The notes under the pieces are model-generated. The model ran no database searches and had not been told where the DNA came from. It saw only the letters and a program-made list of their open reading frames with translations. Positions 49,674-51,727 of a stretch of 51,727 nt of DNA are shown one piece after another. The DNA lies in assembly GCA_039815415.1 (NCBI GenBank), contig JBCBZH010000001.1, positions 1 to 51,727 of the forward strand, given 5' to 3'. Numbering within the stretch: position 1 is the first letter of the stretch; the number at the start of each line of letters is the position of its first letter. This DNA is from Bacteroidota bacterium (GTDB lineage: Bacteria; Bacteroidota; Rhodothermia; Rhodothermales; Rubricoccaceae). Position numbers and translations under genes: made by a program.

Positions 49674-50090
49674 ATGGAAGCACTATCCGGAGGCGCCGCC
49701 CTCGTCGTCATTCTGGGGGTCCCGATCTTCGCGATCATCCTCCTCTACTATGTCCCAATGGGACTTTGGATTTCAGCCGTCACGGCTGGCGTGCCTCTGA
49801 AGATGTCCGAGCTGATCGGAATGCGGCGCAGGAAGGTGCCTCCGATACTCATCGTTCAGCCACTCATCGCTGCGCATGCGGCCGAGATAGACGTCTCCGT
49901 TCGGCAGCTCGAGGCCCATCATCGTGCCGGAGGACAGGTCCAGGAGGTCGTGAACACGCTCATCCGGGGACAAATGGCGAACGTCGAGCTGACGTTTTCA
50001 GAGGTCGCCGCGCTCGATCTGGCGAGGGATGATGATGGTGGAAAGGCTCTGGCGGCGCTTCTCGCCTCCATCGAAGAGCGGCGCGCCTGA
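49674..50090 (+). CDS. Truncated paralogue of flotillin-like FloA (TM helix plus the first part of the SPFH domain only)
   Basis: 138 aa. [40 protein letters not shown]... aligns residue for residue with the N-terminus of the next gene, and the first ~100 nt are nearly identical at DNA level. Confidence 0.6.
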   Translation: MEALSGGAALVVILGVPIFAIILLYYVPMGLWISAVTAGVPLKMSELIGMRRRKVPPILIVQPLIAAHAAEIDVSVRQLEAHHRAGGQVQEVVNTLIRGQMANVELTFSEVAALDLARDDDGGKALAALLASIEERRA

Positions 50091-50092
50091 GC

Positions 50093-50124
50093 CGAGCTGG
50101 CGACCAGGCGATTTCGCCAGCTCG
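50093..50124. repeat. Inverted pair of the 13-mer motif (CGAGCTGGCGA / TCGCCAGCTCG, 11-bp arms, 10-nt loop) 2 nt after the stop of the truncated floA paralogue
   Basis: Read directly. Confidence 0.8.
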
Positions 50125-50192
50125 AGGCGTGAGGGTTCGTTGCAACGCTGTCGCGCGTGGGGCGTATTGTGTACGGTCCACCCTCTCGACTC

Positions 50193-50978
50193 ATGGAAGC
50201 ACTATTCGGAGGCGCCGCCCTCGTCGTCATTCTGGGGATCGCGCTCTTTGCGATCATCCTCCTCTACTTCGTCCCAATGGGACTCTGGATCTCGGCCGTC
50301 ACAGCCGGGGTCAAGGTTCGGATCTCCGAGCTAATCGGGATGCGGCTGCGCAAGGTGCCGCCGTCGCAGATCGTCACGCCGCTGATCGCGGCGCGCAAGG
50401 CGGGCATCGACGTGAGCGCCAGCATGCTCGAGACGCACTACCTCGCAGGCGGGCACGTCGGGCAGACGGTCAACGCGCTCATCTCGGCGGACAAGGCCAA
50501 CATCATGCTCCCGTTCCAGCAGGCTACCGCCATCGACCTCGCTGGGCGCGACGTGTTCGAGGCCGTCCAGGTGTCAGTGAACCCGAAGGTGATTGAGACG
50601 CCGCCGATCTCGGCCATCGCGAAGGACGGCATCCAGGTTCGCGCCATCGCCCGCGTGACGGTGCGTGCCAACATCAACCAGCTTGTCGGTGGTGCCGGTG
50701 AGGAGACCATCATCGCGCGTGTCGGTGAGGGCATCGTGTCCACCATTGGCTCGTCGGACACACACCTGATGGTGCTCGAGAACCCGGACAACATCTCGAA
50801 GACGGTGCTCTCGAAAGGCCTCGACAGCGGGACGGCCTTCGAGATTCTCTCCATCGACATCGCCGATGTGGATGTGGGCGAGAACATCGGCGCGAAGCTG
50901 CAGACGGACCAGGCCGAGGCCGACCTCCAGGTGGCGCGGGCTCGGGCTGAGGAGCGCCGCGCAGCGGCGGTCGCGCAG
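50193..50978 (+). CDS. floA: Flotillin-like protein FloA (UPF0365/YqfA family), homologous part only; 3' end disrupted at about 50979
   Basis: It follows the FloA pattern ([88 protein letters not shown]). After Q (codon ending at 50978) the expected EQEM... continuation is replaced by unrelated Ala/Arg/Gly-rich sequence up to a stop at 51083. Confidence 0.75.
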
Positions 50979-51727
50979 CGCGCCTGCGCGACGACGGCGC
51001 GTGGGGTGGCGAGCCCATCATTGAGGGCTGAGCGAGGAGGCGGAGGGGCGCGTGCGCGCGTGTATTGTAATTGGATTTTATAGTACTAGTCGTGAGTGCA
51101 CACATGCGCTTGGGCTGGCGCGACGCCACAGCGCGTGCGCTGCTCGCCCGCGCGCGCGCGGGCGCCGCCTGGTCGCATCTGTCTCGCGCGTCGCGACCCG
51201 CGCAGCAGCCGCGTCCACAGGCGTGCTGTCCCACGTCATTTCGACCCCCCTACCCTCCGCCCCCCTCAGCGACCGCCTCTCAGGCGGCCGCCGCGGCCGC
51301 CGTGTCCGAGGTGCTCAGATGCCGCTGCAGCCGACGCTGCAGCCGCCGCCGAAGCGCCGCAGGCTAGGCACGGCGGCATGGGCGGCCGTCCCTCCCCCGG
51401 ACGCGGCGGAAGTGATCGACGCGGCTCTCGTCGCCACGGCAGCAGACACGGCGAAGCGCGCCGCCGCTGTCGAGGACGTGGGCGTCGAAGCACACAGGGG
51501 TTCTGACGCGACCTGCGCGCACAGGCTCGCGCTGTGGTGCTCACTGCTCATGCGCGGTGCTGCAGGGCCGGCGGCTGAGGTACGTGTGCGCGCGTGCGTG
51601 CACGTGGCCGCCCGCTCGTGCGCGTGCTCGCCTGCACATGCCAGCAGCGTTCGCCGCGGCTCTTGCGCCGCGCGTTTGCAGCGGCAGTTGGCCCTGGCGC
51701 GCTTGGCGAGCGGCTGCGAGCGTGCCG
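50979..51727. other. Terminal segment with a different sequence character and no credible bacterial ORF; possible chimeric join, contig boundary or foreign DNA
   Basis: Loss of FloA homology; GCGCGTGCG-type low-complexity runs; an isolated AT-rich island TGTATTGTAATTGGATTTTATAGTACTAGT (51061-51090); only Arg/Pro/Ala-rich ORFs in all frames. Confidence 0.5.

Overview
High-GC bacterial chromosomal segment (about two-thirds G+C by eye). The gene content fits a Rhodothermota/Bacteroidota-type aerobe: a T9SS C-terminal sorting domain, BshA, a DUF2723 protein, and alternative complex III next to a caa3 oxidase. The first 13 kb is one respiratory supercluster on the + strand: actB (5' end outside the window), actC, actD, actE, actF, an acidic single-pass protein, SCO1/SenC, coxB with a fused cytochrome c domain, coxA, coxC and a subunit-IV-like gene. 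The rest is mainly housekeeping: metF, hpf, ybeY, rsmI, an LptF/G-type permease, an MBL hydrolase, an aminotransferase, a DEAD-box helicase, an AbgT transporter, bshA, pdxB, era, pdxJ, moaC and floA. Between these lie envelope genes (OMP barrels, lipoproteins, a T9SS-sorted beta-propeller protein, an EEP nuclease/phosphatase, a SleB-like hydrolase) and several genes of unknown function. I saw no rRNA, tRNA, CRISPR array, transposase or integrase. Seven things are not explained by ordinary annotation. (1) A 13-mer, TCGCCAGCTCGAG, recurs in non-coding DNA. It often lies 0-1 nt after a stop codon in gene orientation, and it also occurs as inverted pairs and as a perfect 18-bp palindrome. (2) Two further palindromic repeat families (GTCATCCTGAGCG...GGATCT and GATGCGTGATTCG) occur in intergenic DNA; the first co-occurs with the 13-mer. 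(3) An 11-copy heptanucleotide tract (GCCCACT)11 runs directly into a start codon. (4) A tightly packed trio of minor-pilin-like genes has no recognisable pilus machinery nearby. (5) An orphan eRF1/Pelota-like gene is present. (6) A tandem pair of single-cysteine thioredoxin-fold genes is present. (7) A partial floA duplication is followed by an abrupt junction near nt 50979. After the junction the sequence stops looking like this genome, so a chimeric join, contig boundary or foreign DNA is possible. All functional calls come from reading the supplied translations for motifs. No database search was run.
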